This document shows, in pieces, positions 7,825 to 16,661 of a stretch of 18,297 nt of DNA; within the stretch, counting starts at the first letter, position 1; the number at the start of each line of letters is the position of its first letter. Below the pieces are notes generated by a model, which was not told the DNA's origin, did no database searches, and saw nothing but the letters and a program-made list of their open reading frames with translations. Origin of the DNA: Thermaceae bacterium (GTDB taxonomy: Bacteria; Deinococcota; Deinococci; Deinococcales; Marinithermaceae); NCBI GenBank assembly GCA_015488545.1, contig WFNN01000036.1:1-18297 (forward strand), written 5' to 3'. The position numbers and the translations under genes are program-made.

Positions 7825-9063
7825 AACGCGGCGCGCCTTCGGCGAAGCCTTGGCCCGGCCCCGCGGGCTTGTCGAGTCCCGGGTGGACGCCCAGAAAGTT
7901 CGGCGGATCGCCGATCGCTGGGTGGGTTTTGCGCTTTCCCAGCGGTTGCAGCAGCTGTTGGGCCGGAAAACCCTTTCGGCCGGCCGGGTTCAAACCCCGG
8001 TGCTCGGCTGGGTGATCGAGCGCGACCGCCAGCACCGGCGCCGGGTGACGGTTACCGAGGTCGAGCTCGACGGGCTTCGCCTGGCCTTCCCCGGGGAGCA
8101 GAGGGGGGCGTCGCTTGAGGTGCGGCTCCTCGATCGCCGGGTTGAGGAACGACCGCCGCCGCCGCCCTTTACCACCGACACCCTGCTCGCTGAGGCCGGG
8201 CGGATCGGTCTGGAGGTGCTGCGCGCGATGGCCTTGGCCCAGGACCTCTTCGAAGCCGGCTACATCACCTACCACCGCACCGACGCCACCCGGGTCGCCC
8301 CCGAGGGGCTGGCCCTGGCCCGGAGGCTGGTCGCCGAGCGGTTCGGCCCGGCCTACGTCCGCCTTCGCCCCTGGGGGGCCGGCGGGGCCCACGAGGCGAT
8401 CCGGCCGGCGCGGCCGCTCACCCCGGAGGATCTCGAGGAGGTGCTGCTCCTCGAGGGGCGCGAACTGGGGAGGGACCACCTCCGGCTCTACCGCCTGATC
8501 TTCGATCGCTTCCTGGCCAGCCAGATGCCCCCGGCCCGGGTGGAGGTCCGCGATTACCGCTTCTCGCTCGGCGAGGCCAGCTTGGAGCGGACGCTGCCGG
8601 TGCGGTTGATCGAACCCGGTTTCGCCCTGGCTTGGCCCTTGGTGATCGGGCCCGCCCCCTCGCCCGGGCGCCACCCGGTCACCCCGGCGATCCGCCGCCG
8701 CCCAGCCCTACACCGAGGGCGAGCTGGTGACCGAGATGAAGCGAAAGGGGATCGGCCGGCCCAGCACCTACGCGCTGGTCGTTGCCAGGCTCCTTGAACG
8801 GGGCTACCTGGTGCGCCGCTGCGGACGGCTCTTTCCCACCCGGCTGGGCAGGGAGGTTCACCGTCTCCTTACCGAAGAGGGGCCGCTGGCCGGGGCCGCC
8901 CGGCGCTACGTGAGCGAAGGGTTTACCCGGGAGATCGAGGCCTGGATGGACCGGGTTGAGAACGGCGAGGACCCCGGACCCCTTTTGCAAAGACTCTACG
9001 CCGCGAGCCTGGGGTTGTTGAATTCTCCCCCCTTCTCACCCCCGGACCCCTTAGGCTGAAGGT

Positions 9064-12000
9064 GTGCACCCCATAGGTGCCTGGGTGGAAAGCCGAGCGG
9101 CGATCGATTTTCTGCGGCGGCTTAACCTGCCGATGCGGCGGATCCGGGGGCCGCGGGATCCCGCTCTGCGCGGTATCGAGCTGCTGGTCACCGAAGCCGG
9201 GCTGCCGCCGCCAGCGTTCGCTGGGCGGATCCTGCTTCTCGGGGCAGGGGGTTATTCCCTCGACGACGAGGGGGCCGCGCGGCTGTTGCGGGAGCTCGCC
9301 CCGCACTACCTGCCTTTCTTCAAAACCCTGATCGAGAGCGTCCGCGACATCGTCTACGTTATCGATCCCCGGGGGCGGGCCCACTACGCGAACTTCCAGG
9401 TGCGGGAGCTGGGGTACTTTCCCCTGGAGCCCGGCACCCCGCTCGACCTGTTCGCCTTTCTCCCCCCGGAGGAGCGGGCCCGCGCCCGGGAAGCCCTCGA
9501 GGCCCTGCTCGCCGCCCCTGGCAAGGCGCTGGCCTTCCGCTTTCGGGGGGTGGACGCCGAGGGGCGCGAGCGGGCCCTTCGCGTCTGGGGCCGGAACCTG
9601 CTGCACCGGCCCGAGGTGCGGGGCATTCTCCTGAACGTTCGCGACGTGGGGGAGGAGGTGCGCCTGCAGGAGGCCCTGGCAGCAGAGGCCGCCCGCCTCA
9701 AGGCGCTGGTCGAGGCCCTTCCGGGGGTGGTTTTCCAGGCCCGGGTTGCCCCCGGGGAGGACCCGAACCGGGCCCCGCTCCTCTTCCTTTCGGAGCAGGC
9801 CCGGGGGGTATTGGGGTACGCCCCCGAGGTGTTTCTAAAGGCCCCCGGGCTTTACTACCAAAAGGTTCACCCCGAGGACCGTCCAGCGCTCCTTGAGCTG
9901 GCGGTTCAGGCGGTGGCCCAGCCCCACCGGCCGCACAGCCTGGCGTACCGCTTCCGGCACGGGGAGCGGGGGGATTGGGTCTGGCTGCGGGACACCCTCC
10001 GCTACGACCCGGGCACCCAGCTGCTCACCGGATTTACCAAGGACGTGACCGCCGAGCGGGCCCAGGCCGCCGCGGCGCGGGAGTCGGAGGACCGCTTCCG
10101 CACCCTCGCCGAAACCGCCCCGGCGGTCATCCTCATGTGGCAGGGGGAGCGGCTCGTCTTTGCCAACCGCACCACCCTGGAGCTCACCGGTTACAGCCTG
10201 GAGGAACTCCAGTCCCGGCCGATCTGGGACTTCGTTCACCCGGAAGACCGTCGGCAGGTACGGCGCAACGCCCTGGCGCGTCTCCGCGGGGAGGCGGCCC
10301 CCGCGCGCTACCCCTTCCGCATCGTGACCAAGTCGGGGGCGGTGCGCTGGCTCGATTACTCCGCCGCCACCGTCGAGATCGGGGGGCGGCCGGCGGTGCT
10401 GGGGGTGGGGCTGGACATCACCGAGGATAAGGAGCACAAGCTGGACCTCGAGCTCTTCGCCCGGCTATCCACGGCCCTGAGGCGAACCGACGACGTGCAG
10501 GCCATGCTCGAGGCCGCGCTCGGCGTGGTCGCCAATTTCTTCGCCTTCCCGACCGGGGCGATTCTTCTTTACGAGGAAGGTCGCCCCTGGGTGCTGGCCC
10601 GCCGGGGGTGGACGGAACGGATCCCGGTGGCCGACCGGCTGGAGCGGACCAGCCTGGTGGCCACCGCATTAAACGAGGAACGGGTGCTGGTTCTACCGGA
10701 TCTTAAAGAAGATCCCCGGTTGCGCGAGGTGGCCCGCCCGTTCGTCCCCGAAGGCTGGTCGGGGGCGGTCGTGCCTATGCCGGTGGGCGGCCGGTGGTCG
10801 GGGGTTTTGTTCGCGGCCCGGCCGGGGTCCCCGCCGGGGGAGGCGACGGTCCGGCGGTTACAGAAGGCAGCGGAAACCATCGGCAACGCGGTGCACCGGG
10901 CCGCCCTCCACGCCCGGCTCAGCCGGCGGGTGAAGGACCTCGAGGTGGTGGCCGAGGTCGGGCGGGCGGTGGCCCGGGGGCCGCGCGTCGAGCACAGCGC
11001 GCGCGTCCTGCTGGATGCGCTGATGCGGCTCCCCTTCGCCGGGGGCGCGGTGTGGACCTTTGGGGCGGAGGGGGTGGTCCGCCGGGCTGTGCGGGGGGAC
11101 CTGGCCGGCCTCGACGAGCTGGAATCCCATCTGGCCGCCGCGCGGTCGTGGTTCCTCGAGGGGGTGCGGGAGCGGCTTTGGGTGGTGCAGGCCCAGGAGG
11201 CCTCCCCTACACGGTTGGGGGCGTGGGTAAGGGCCTGGGGAATCGGCCAGCTTTGGCTTTTTCCCCTTCGGGCCGGGGGCGATCTTCTGGGCGTGCTGGC
11301 GGTGTTTGCCGAAAAGCGCGTCCACCTCACCTCGGAGGACCGTTCGTTCCTCGAGGCCCTGGTGGCCGAGCTCGAGGTCGCCCTGGACAATGCCCGCCGC
11401 CTGGAGGAAGTGCAAAAGGCCCGGCGCGAGCTGGCGGAGGCCTACGAGAAGACGCTTTGGGGATGGGCCAAGGCGGTCGAGCTCAGGGACCAGGAGACCG
11501 CCGGCCACACCGAGCGGGTTACCGGCTTGGCCGAGCGTTTGGGGAGGGCCCTGGGCCTTGCTGGGGCCGAGCTCCTTGACCTCCGCCGCGGGGCCATCCT
11601 TCACGACGTGGGGAAGCTGGCCATCCCCGACGCTATCTTGCTCAAGCCGGGCCGGCTGAGCCCCGAGGAGTGGGCGGTGATGAGGAAGCACCCGGTCTAT
11701 GCCTACGAATGGCTGAAGGGCATTCCCTATTTGCAGGGTGCCCTGGTGGTGCCGCTTTACCACCACGAGCGGTGGGACGGCTCCGGCTACCCCAAAGGGC
11801 TTAAGGGGGAGGCGATCCCGCGCTTGGCCCGGATCTTCGCGGTTGCCGACGTTTTCGACGCCTTGACCTCCGACCGCCCCTACAGGCGGGCGTGGAGCCG
11901 CGAGAAGGCGCTTGCCCACTTGCAGGCGAACGCCGGGCGGCTTTTCGACCCCGAGGTGGTTGAGGCCCTGCTCGGCTTCGCCGAGCGGGGCGAGGTTTGA
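9064..12000 (+). CDS. Multi-sensor signalling protein: PAS x3, GAF x2, C-terminal HD-GYP domain (putative c-di-GMP phosphodiesterase), about 978 aa
   Basis: HD-GYP signature HDVGKLAIPDAILLKPGRLSPEEWAVMRKHP...HHERWDGSGYPKGL...DVFDALTSDRPYR. Upstream are repeated PAS-like blocks (..VYVIDPRGRAHYAN.., ..LLFLSEQARGVLGY..VHPEDR.., ..LVFANRTTLELTGYSLEEL..VHPEDR..) and GAF-like segments. The start is uncertain: GTG 9064 (ORF track) or GTG 9085 preceded by AGGTG. Confidence 0.8.
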   Translation: MHPIGAWVESRAAIDFLRRLNLPMRRIRGPRDPALRGIELLVTEAGLPPPAFAGRILLLGAGGYSLDDEGAARLLRELAPHYLPFFKTLIESVRDIVYVIDPRGRAHYANFQVRELGYFPLEPGTPLDLFAFLPPEERARAREALEALLAAPGKALAFRFRGVDAEGRERALRVWGRNLLHRPEVRGILLNVRDVGEEVRLQEALAAEAARLKALVEALPGVVFQARVAPGEDPNRAPLLFLSEQARGVLGYAPEVFLKAPGLYYQKVHPEDRPALLELAVQAVAQPHRPHSLAYRFRHGERGDWVWLRDTLRYDPGTQLLTGFTKDVTAERAQAAAARESEDRFRTLAETAPAVILMWQGERLVFANRTTLELTGYSLEELQSRPIWDFVHPEDRRQVRRNALARLRGEAAPARYPFRIVTKSGAVRWLDYSAATVEIGGRPAVLGVGLDITEDKEHKLDLELFARLSTALRRTDDVQAMLEAALGVVANFFAFPTGAILLYEEGRPWVLARRGWTERIPVADRLERTSLVATALNEERVLVLPDLKEDPRLREVARPFVPEGWSGAVVPMPVGGRWSGVLFAARPGSPPGEATVRRLQKAAETIGNAVHRAALHARLSRRVKDLEVVAEVGRAVARGPRVEHSARVLLDALMRLPFAGGAVWTFGAEGVVRRAVRGDLAGLDELESHLAAARSWFLEGVRERLWVVQAQEASPTRLGAWVRAWGIGQLWLFPLRAGGDLLGVLAVFAEKRVHLTSEDRSFLEALVAELEVALDNARRLEEVQKARRELAEAYEKTLWGWAKAVELRDQETAGHTERVTGLAERLGRALGLAGAELLDLRRGAILHDVGKLAIPDAILLKPGRLSPEEWAVMRKHPVYAYEWLKGIPYLQGALVVPLYHHERWDGSGYPKGLKGEAIPRLARIFAVADVFDALTSDRPYRRAWSREKALAHLQANAGRLFDPEVVEALLGFAERGEV

Positions 12001-12022
12001 CCGGGTCGGGTAGGCTAGGGGC

Positions 12023-13510
12023 ATGCCCTACCTGCTCGCCCTGGACCAGGGCACGACCTCGAGCCGGGCGGTGGTTTACGACCTGACGGGCCGGGTCCTG
12101 GCCCATGCCAGGCGGCCGCTGGCCCTTAGCTACCCCCGCCCAGGCTGGGTGGAGGCCGACCCCGAGGCGATCTTCGATGGGGTCGTGGCGGCGGCCCGGG
12201 AAGCCCTGGCGCGGGCCGGGGTGGCGGCCGATCAGGTGGTCGCCCTTGGCCTTACCAACCAGCGAGAGACCACCCTGGTTTGGGACCGGAACACCGGGCG
12301 TCCCCTGGCCCCGGCGATCATCTGGCAGGACCGGCGCACCGCCCCCCTCACCGATCGGCTCAAGGACGAGGGCCATCAGGGCTTCGTGCGGGTCCGCACC
12401 GGGCTGGTCCTCGATCCCTACTTCTCGGCCAGCAAGCTGGCCTGGCTGCTGGAGGCAATGGATCTGGGGGCTGCCGCCCGGCGGGGGCGGGTGGCTTTCG
12501 GGACGGTGGACAGCTGGCTGCTTTACCGCCTTACCGGGAACCATCTCACCGACGCCACCAACGCTTCCCGCACCCTCCTTTTCAACCTGCGCACGCTGGC
12601 CTGGGACCAAGACCTCCTGGAACTCTTCGGGATCCCCGCCGGGGTGCTCCCTGAGGTGCGGCCGAGCCTGGGGGAGTTCGGCCGGGTGGACCCCGCTTTC
12701 TTCGGTGCCCCGATCCCGGTAACCGCCGTCCTCGGCGATCAGCAGGCTGCCCTGTTCGGTCAGCTCGCCTTCGAACCGGGCCTGGCCAAGGCCACCTACG
12801 GCACTGGCGCCTTTTTGGTGCAACGCATCCCGGGCTTCGCCCTGGCGGAGGGGACGCTCACCACCCTGGCCTGGCTGGACGACGGCGGGGCGGCCTACGC
12901 GCTCGAGGGTTCGATCTTCGTGGCCGGCGCGCTGCTTCAGTGGCTGGTGGAGGGGCTGGGGCTGGCCGGGTCGCCTGAGGAGGTCGAGCGGCTGGCCCAT
13001 CGGGTCCCGGACACCGGCGGGGTTTACCTGGTGCCTGCCCTCACCGGGCTCGGCAGCCCCCACTGGGATCCCCACGCCCGCGGGCTGTTGATCGGTCTAA
13101 CCCGCGGGACCGGCCGGGCCCACTTGGCCCGGGCTGCCCTGGAGGGGATTGCCTACCGCACCGCCGATGCCTTTTCGGCCATGGCCGGGGTGGAACCGCT
13201 CCGCCGGCTCCGGGTCGACGGCGGGGCCGCCAAAAGCGACCTTTTGGTGCAGCTGGTCGCCGATGCCATCGGGGTTCCGGTGGAGCGCCCGGCGGACCTA
13301 GAGACCACCGCCCGGGGCGCGGCGCTGGCCGCGGCCATGGGGGCGGGGCAGCTATCCCGGGGGGACGCCCTAAGCTGGTGGCAAGGGGAGCGCGAGTTCC
13401 TGCCCTCGCTGGATCCCGACCGGCGCCAGGCCCGTTACCGGGGTTGGCGGGAGGCGGTGGCGAGGGCGAAGGGGTGGGCGCGATGGAGCGAATCGACCGA
13501 AAACAGCTAG
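12023..13510 (+). CDS. glpK: Glycerol kinase, 495 aa
   Basis: FGGY-family signatures: LALDQGTTSSRAVVYD, GLTNQRETTLVWDRNTGRPLAPAIIWQDRRT, TGLVLDPYFSASKLAWLLE. ATG preceded by AGGGG. Confidence 0.92.
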   Translation: MPYLLALDQGTTSSRAVVYDLTGRVLAHARRPLALSYPRPGWVEADPEAIFDGVVAAAREALARAGVAADQVVALGLTNQRETTLVWDRNTGRPLAPAIIWQDRRTAPLTDRLKDEGHQGFVRVRTGLVLDPYFSASKLAWLLEAMDLGAAARRGRVAFGTVDSWLLYRLTGNHLTDATNASRTLLFNLRTLAWDQDLLELFGIPAGVLPEVRPSLGEFGRVDPAFFGAPIPVTAVLGDQQAALFGQLAFEPGLAKATYGTGAFLVQRIPGFALAEGTLTTLAWLDDGGAAYALEGSIFVAGALLQWLVEGLGLAGSPEEVERLAHRVPDTGGVYLVPALTGLGSPHWDPHARGLLIGLTRGTGRAHLARAALEGIAYRTADAFSAMAGVEPLRRLRVDGGAAKSDLLVQLVADAIGVPVERPADLETTARGAALAAAMGAGQLSRGDALSWWQGEREFLPSLDPDRRQARYRGWREAVARAKGWARWSESTENS

Positions 13511-15093
13511 TCCGGGCCGCTGAGGACCGTTTTGACCTCTTGGTGATCGGTGGTGGGGCCACCGGCGCCGGGGTGGCGCTGGAGGCGGCCACCCGAGGGC
13601 TCAAGACCCTGCTCGTCGAAAAGCACGATTTCGGGGCCCAAACCTCCTCGCGCTCCACCAAACTGGTGCACGGCGGGGTGCGCTACCTCGAGGCCGCCAT
13701 CAAGCGCCTTGACCGGGTGCAGTGGAACTTGGTTAAGGACGCGCTGAAAGAACGGGCCGTTTTTCTGCGGATTGCTCCGCACCTGGCCTGGAAGGTCGAG
13801 CTTTTGACCCCCATCTACCGGGCCTTCGAGATCCCCTACTACCTGGCGGGCTTAAAGCTCTACGAGGCCCTGGCCGGCCGGGCCAGCATCGGTCGGGCCT
13901 ACTTCGTGCCGGCGACCACGGCCAAGGCCCGTTACCCCCAACTCAAGCCCGAGGGGCTCAAGGGGGCGGTGGTCTACGCCGACGGCCAGTTTGACGACGC
14001 CCGCATGAACCTGGCGGTGGCGCTCACCGCCCTGGAGGCAGGGGCGGTGGTGCTAAACCACGCCGAGGTCACCGGCTTCCTGATGGAGGAGGGGCGTGTG
14101 GTGGGGGCCGAGGTGAAGGACCTGCTTTCCGGCGGCACCTTCGCGGTCCGGGCCCGCATGGTGGTCAACGCCACCGGCCCCTTCACCGACCGGGTGCGGC
14201 AGCTCGCAGATCCCGAGGCCGAGCCGATGCTGGTTACCAGTTCCGGCGTGCACCTGGTGCTCCCAGCCCGGTACGCCCCCATGGACACCGGGCTCTTGAT
14301 CCCCAAGACCGAGGACGGCCGGGTGCTCTTCGTCCTGCCGTGGGAGGGGTACACCCTGGCCGGCACCACCGACGAGCCGGCCGAGGTCACCGATCACCCC
14401 GTGCCCACCGCGGGCGAGATCGATTACATTCTCCGCCACTTGAACCGTCATTTCGCCCTCGAGGTGAGCCGTGAACAGATTCGTTCGGCCTGGTCGGGGC
14501 TCCGGCCGCTGGTTCGGGATCCCCGGGCGCGGGACACCGCTCGGTTGGCACGCGACCACGTAATCCACGAGGAGAAAACCGGCTTGGTGACCATCGCCGG
14601 GGGTAAGTGGACCACCTACCGCAAGATGGCCGAGGACCTGGTCAACTACCTCGACAAAACCCGCGGCCTGGGGTTGCCCAAAAGCCGGACCGCCGAGCAC
14701 GTTCTCCTGGGGGGGCGGAACTACGACCCCGCAAAGGAAGAGGAGCTGGCGCTCCGGATCGATCCCGACACCGCCCGCCACCTGGCCCACACCTACGGCG
14801 ATCAGGCCGCGGCGGTGCTGCGGTTCGCGCAGGAACACGGTCTGTTCGCCCGGCTGGTGCCCGGCCAGCCGTTCCTCGAGGCCGAGGTGGTCTGGGCGGC
14901 GCGCTACGAGCTGGCCGAGACCCCGCTGGATTTCGTCGAACGGCGGGTCCGGTTGGCGTTTTTGGAGACCGAGGCGGCCCGCAAGGCCCTGCCCCGGATC
15001 ACCGAGCTGATGCAAAAGGAAAAGGGCTGGAGCCGGCCCGAGGCCGAGCGGTTCCTGCGAGAAGCCGACGACTGGCTCGCCCTCGCCCCTTAG
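13483..15093 (+). CDS. glpD: FAD-dependent glycerol-3-phosphate dehydrogenase, about 536 aa
   Basis: N-terminal dinucleotide fold DLLVIGGGATGAGVALEAATRGLKTLLVEKHDFGAQTSSRSTKLVHGGVRYLE. The ATG at 13483 (MERIDRKQL) overlaps the glpK end by 28 nt. The upstream ORF-track extension (13378-13482) is Gly/Pro/Ala-rich and rejected. Confidence 0.9.
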   Translation: MERIDRKQLVRAAEDRFDLLVIGGGATGAGVALEAATRGLKTLLVEKHDFGAQTSSRSTKLVHGGVRYLEAAIKRLDRVQWNLVKDALKERAVFLRIAPHLAWKVELLTPIYRAFEIPYYLAGLKLYEALAGRASIGRAYFVPATTAKARYPQLKPEGLKGAVVYADGQFDDARMNLAVALTALEAGAVVLNHAEVTGFLMEEGRVVGAEVKDLLSGGTFAVRARMVVNATGPFTDRVRQLADPEAEPMLVTSSGVHLVLPARYAPMDTGLLIPKTEDGRVLFVLPWEGYTLAGTTDEPAEVTDHPVPTAGEIDYILRHLNRHFALEVSREQIRSAWSGLRPLVRDPRARDTARLARDHVIHEEKTGLVTIAGGKWTTYRKMAEDLVNYLDKTRGLGLPKSRTAEHVLLGGRNYDPAKEEELALRIDPDTARHLAHTYGDQAAAVLRFAQEHGLFARLVPGQPFLEAEVVWAARYELAETPLDFVERRVRLAFLETEAARKALPRITELMQKEKGWSRPEAERFLREADDWLALAP

Positions 15094-15113
15094 GCCGCGT
15101 ATACTCGGGGCTC

Positions 15114-15704
15114 GTGGAACGCGGCTCGCTCTTGCTCGTTCTGGTCGGCGTGTACGTGGCCGCCGAGGTGGTCTCCAACGTCACCGCCGGTCGGTTGGTG
15201 GTGGTGGGCCCCCTGGTGGTGCCGGGGGCGATCTTCCTTTACGCCCTTACCTTCACCCTGCGGGACGCCATCCACGCCGCGGGCGGATACGGGGCCGCCC
15301 GGGCGTCGGTGTGGGCGGGGTTCTTGGCCAACCTCCTCCTCGCCCTCTACGGCCTGTTGGTCCTCGCCCTTCCGGCCCCCGAGGGGTTTGACGGTTCGGC
15401 CTACCGGGCCGTTCTGGGCCAGAGCGCCCGGGTGGTGGCGGCGAGCCTTAGCGCCTACCTGGTGGCCCAGCTGGCCAACACCTGGGCCTTCGAGCGGATT
15501 GCGGGCGGGATTTTCCGCAAGGTGGCCGGCTCCAACGCGGTGGCGATTCTGCTGGACACGGGGATCTTTATTACCCTGGCGTTTGCCGGGACGGGGGCTC
15601 CGCTTCTCCGGTTGATGTTCGGCCAGGTGGTCTTCAAGTTCGTCTTCAGCCTGGCCCTCGTACCTCTGGTCTACTGGCTCCGGCGGGGTAGATACCCCAC
15701 TTAA
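15114..15704 (+). CDS. yhhQ: YhhQ/VUT (DUF165) family membrane protein, putative queuosine-precursor transporter
   Basis: Polytopic protein with family-like N-terminal region (..VYVAAEVVSNVTAGRLV...VPGAIFLYALTFTLRDAIHAAGGYGAARA..). Only the 3' third of ORF 14607..15704 looks coding. The start is uncertain (GTG 15114; the TTG at 15132 and GTG at 15150 are alternatives). Confidence 0.65.
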   Translation: MERGSLLLVLVGVYVAAEVVSNVTAGRLVVVGPLVVPGAIFLYALTFTLRDAIHAAGGYGAARASVWAGFLANLLLALYGLLVLALPAPEGFDGSAYRAVLGQSARVVAASLSAYLVAQLANTWAFERIAGGIFRKVAGSNAVAILLDTGIFITLAFAGTGAPLLRLMFGQVVFKFVFSLALVPLVYWLRRGRYPT

Positions 15705-15740
15705 CCTTGTCAAGCCCTGGCGGACACCTAAGGTGTAGGC

Positions 15741-16655
15741 ATGGCTACCTATGCCGGTATAGACGTATCAAAGAGCTTTCTTGACGTTTTTGATGGCCAG
15801 GAAATCAGACGCTACACGAACGACCCGGAGGGGTGGGCAAGTATCGCAAAGGAAACAAGAGGGCCTTATGTGATCGAAGCAACGGGGATCTACCACATTC
15901 CGGTAGCGCGGTATCTGTGGCGGGAGGGACGGGCCGTCTACGTGGTCTCCCCCCTCCAGGTGAGGCGGTACGCCCAGGCGCTCATGACCCGCAACAAGAC
16001 CGACAGTTTAGATGCCCGGGTCATCGCGGCCTACGCGGAAGCGGCGGGGGATCGACTGAGGCCGTGGACACCGCTTGACGCGGACCTGAGCGCGATTCGG
16101 GTGCTAGTAGGGTATGCGAGGGGGATCAGCCGGCAGAGCGCAGCCAACCGCAACCGGCTTCACGCCGTCCGGTTCGCGTACCCCGAGCACGCCGGGAACA
16201 TCGTGGAGACCGTGGCGGAGCTTAGGAGAACGGCGGGACGGTTCTACCGAGAGGCCCTGAAGGTGGCGTATGAAAACCCCACCATCGCCCACTGGATTGA
16301 CCAAATGACCGAGGTGTCAGGGGTGGGGGAGCGGGTGGCGCTGATGGTGGTGGCCTATGGCGGAAACCTTGAGCGGTTTTCGGATGCCCGGGCCTTCGCC
16401 GCGTACACAGGCCTCACCCCGATGCGGAAGCAGTCGGGGGAAAAGGAGGGGAAGGCGCGGATCTCGCGGATGGGGCCGGGGGCGCTCCGGCAAGCGTTCT
16501 ATATCGCCGCGAGAGTAGCGGTCATGAAGGACGAGCGCTACCGGGCGTACTACGAACGGAAGCGGGCAGAAGGAAAGGCGCATCTGCTGGTGATGACGGC
16601 GGTCGCTCGCAAGCTCGCGGTGGTGGCATGGAAAAAGGCCGTGGGCCGGCCCTAG
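15741..16655 (+). CDS. IS110-family DEDD transposase/recombinase, 304 aa
   Basis: N-terminal RuvC-like DEDD blocks YAGIDVSKSFLDV, VIEATGIYH, NKTDSLDARVIAAYA. C-terminal Transposase_20-type block VSGVGERVALMVVAYGGNLERFSDARAFAAYTGLTPMRKQSGEKEGKARISRMGPGALRQAFYIAA. AAGGTG ribosome-binding site at 15730-15735. Confidence 0.85.
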   Translation: MATYAGIDVSKSFLDVFDGQEIRRYTNDPEGWASIAKETRGPYVIEATGIYHIPVARYLWREGRAVYVVSPLQVRRYAQALMTRNKTDSLDARVIAAYAEAAGDRLRPWTPLDADLSAIRVLVGYARGISRQSAANRNRLHAVRFAYPEHAGNIVETVAELRRTAGRFYREALKVAYENPTIAHWIDQMTEVSGVGERVALMVVAYGGNLERFSDARAFAAYTGLTPMRKQSGEKEGKARISRMGPGALRQAFYIAARVAVMKDERYRAYYERKRAEGKAHLLVMTAVARKLAVVAWKKAVGRP

Positions 16656-16661
16656 CCACGC

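Larger units (their letters stand above)
5709..9059 (+). pseudogene. rgy: Reverse gyrase, full-length footprint but split across four frame segments (frame 3 to about 7541, frame 1 to about 7820, frame 2 to about 8700, frame 3 to 9059)
   Basis: Frame 3: N-terminal zinc ribbon YCPNCGG...CARCQ, helicase motif I LLAPTGVGKTTFG, motif II FVDDVDSLLKS, Toprim start VVVESPNKARTLAGFFGRP, ATRGHVTDL. Frame 1: FFGVETEPGFRPRYHPLRRC...LLATDPDTEGEKIAWDV...RVEFRAV. Frame 2: TRRAFGEALARPRGL..AQKVRRIADRWVGF..SAGRVQTPVLGWV..GYITYHRTDATR (catalytic Tyr). Frame 3: YTEGELVTEMKRKGIGRPSTYALVVARLLERGYL. The family order is preserved, so the breaks are frameshifts rather than rearrangements. Confidence 0.8.

Noticed and set aside
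7721-8674. 317-aa minus-strand ORF inside reverse gyrase
   Set aside because: It is antisense to a region carrying the topoisomerase active-site motifs. It is a low-complexity, high-G+C artefact.
10858-13075. Two long minus-strand ORFs (10858..12024, 388 aa; 11801..13075, 424 aa)
   Set aside because: They are antisense to the HD-GYP sensor and glpK, both of which carry unambiguous family motifs. Their composition is Pro/Gly/Arg-rich with no motifs.
13483-13510. 28-nt glpK/glpD overlap as something unusual
   Set aside because: Short overlaps between consecutive operon genes are common in compact genomes of thermophiles, and both genes are otherwise ordinary.
14053-15015. 320-aa minus-strand ORF
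   Set aside because: It is antisense to glpD and has no motif.
14607-15113. N-terminal two-thirds of ORF 14607..15704
   Set aside because: It overlaps glpD in another frame and is Arg/Pro/Gly-rich. Only the hydrophobic YhhQ-like part after the glpD stop looks coding.
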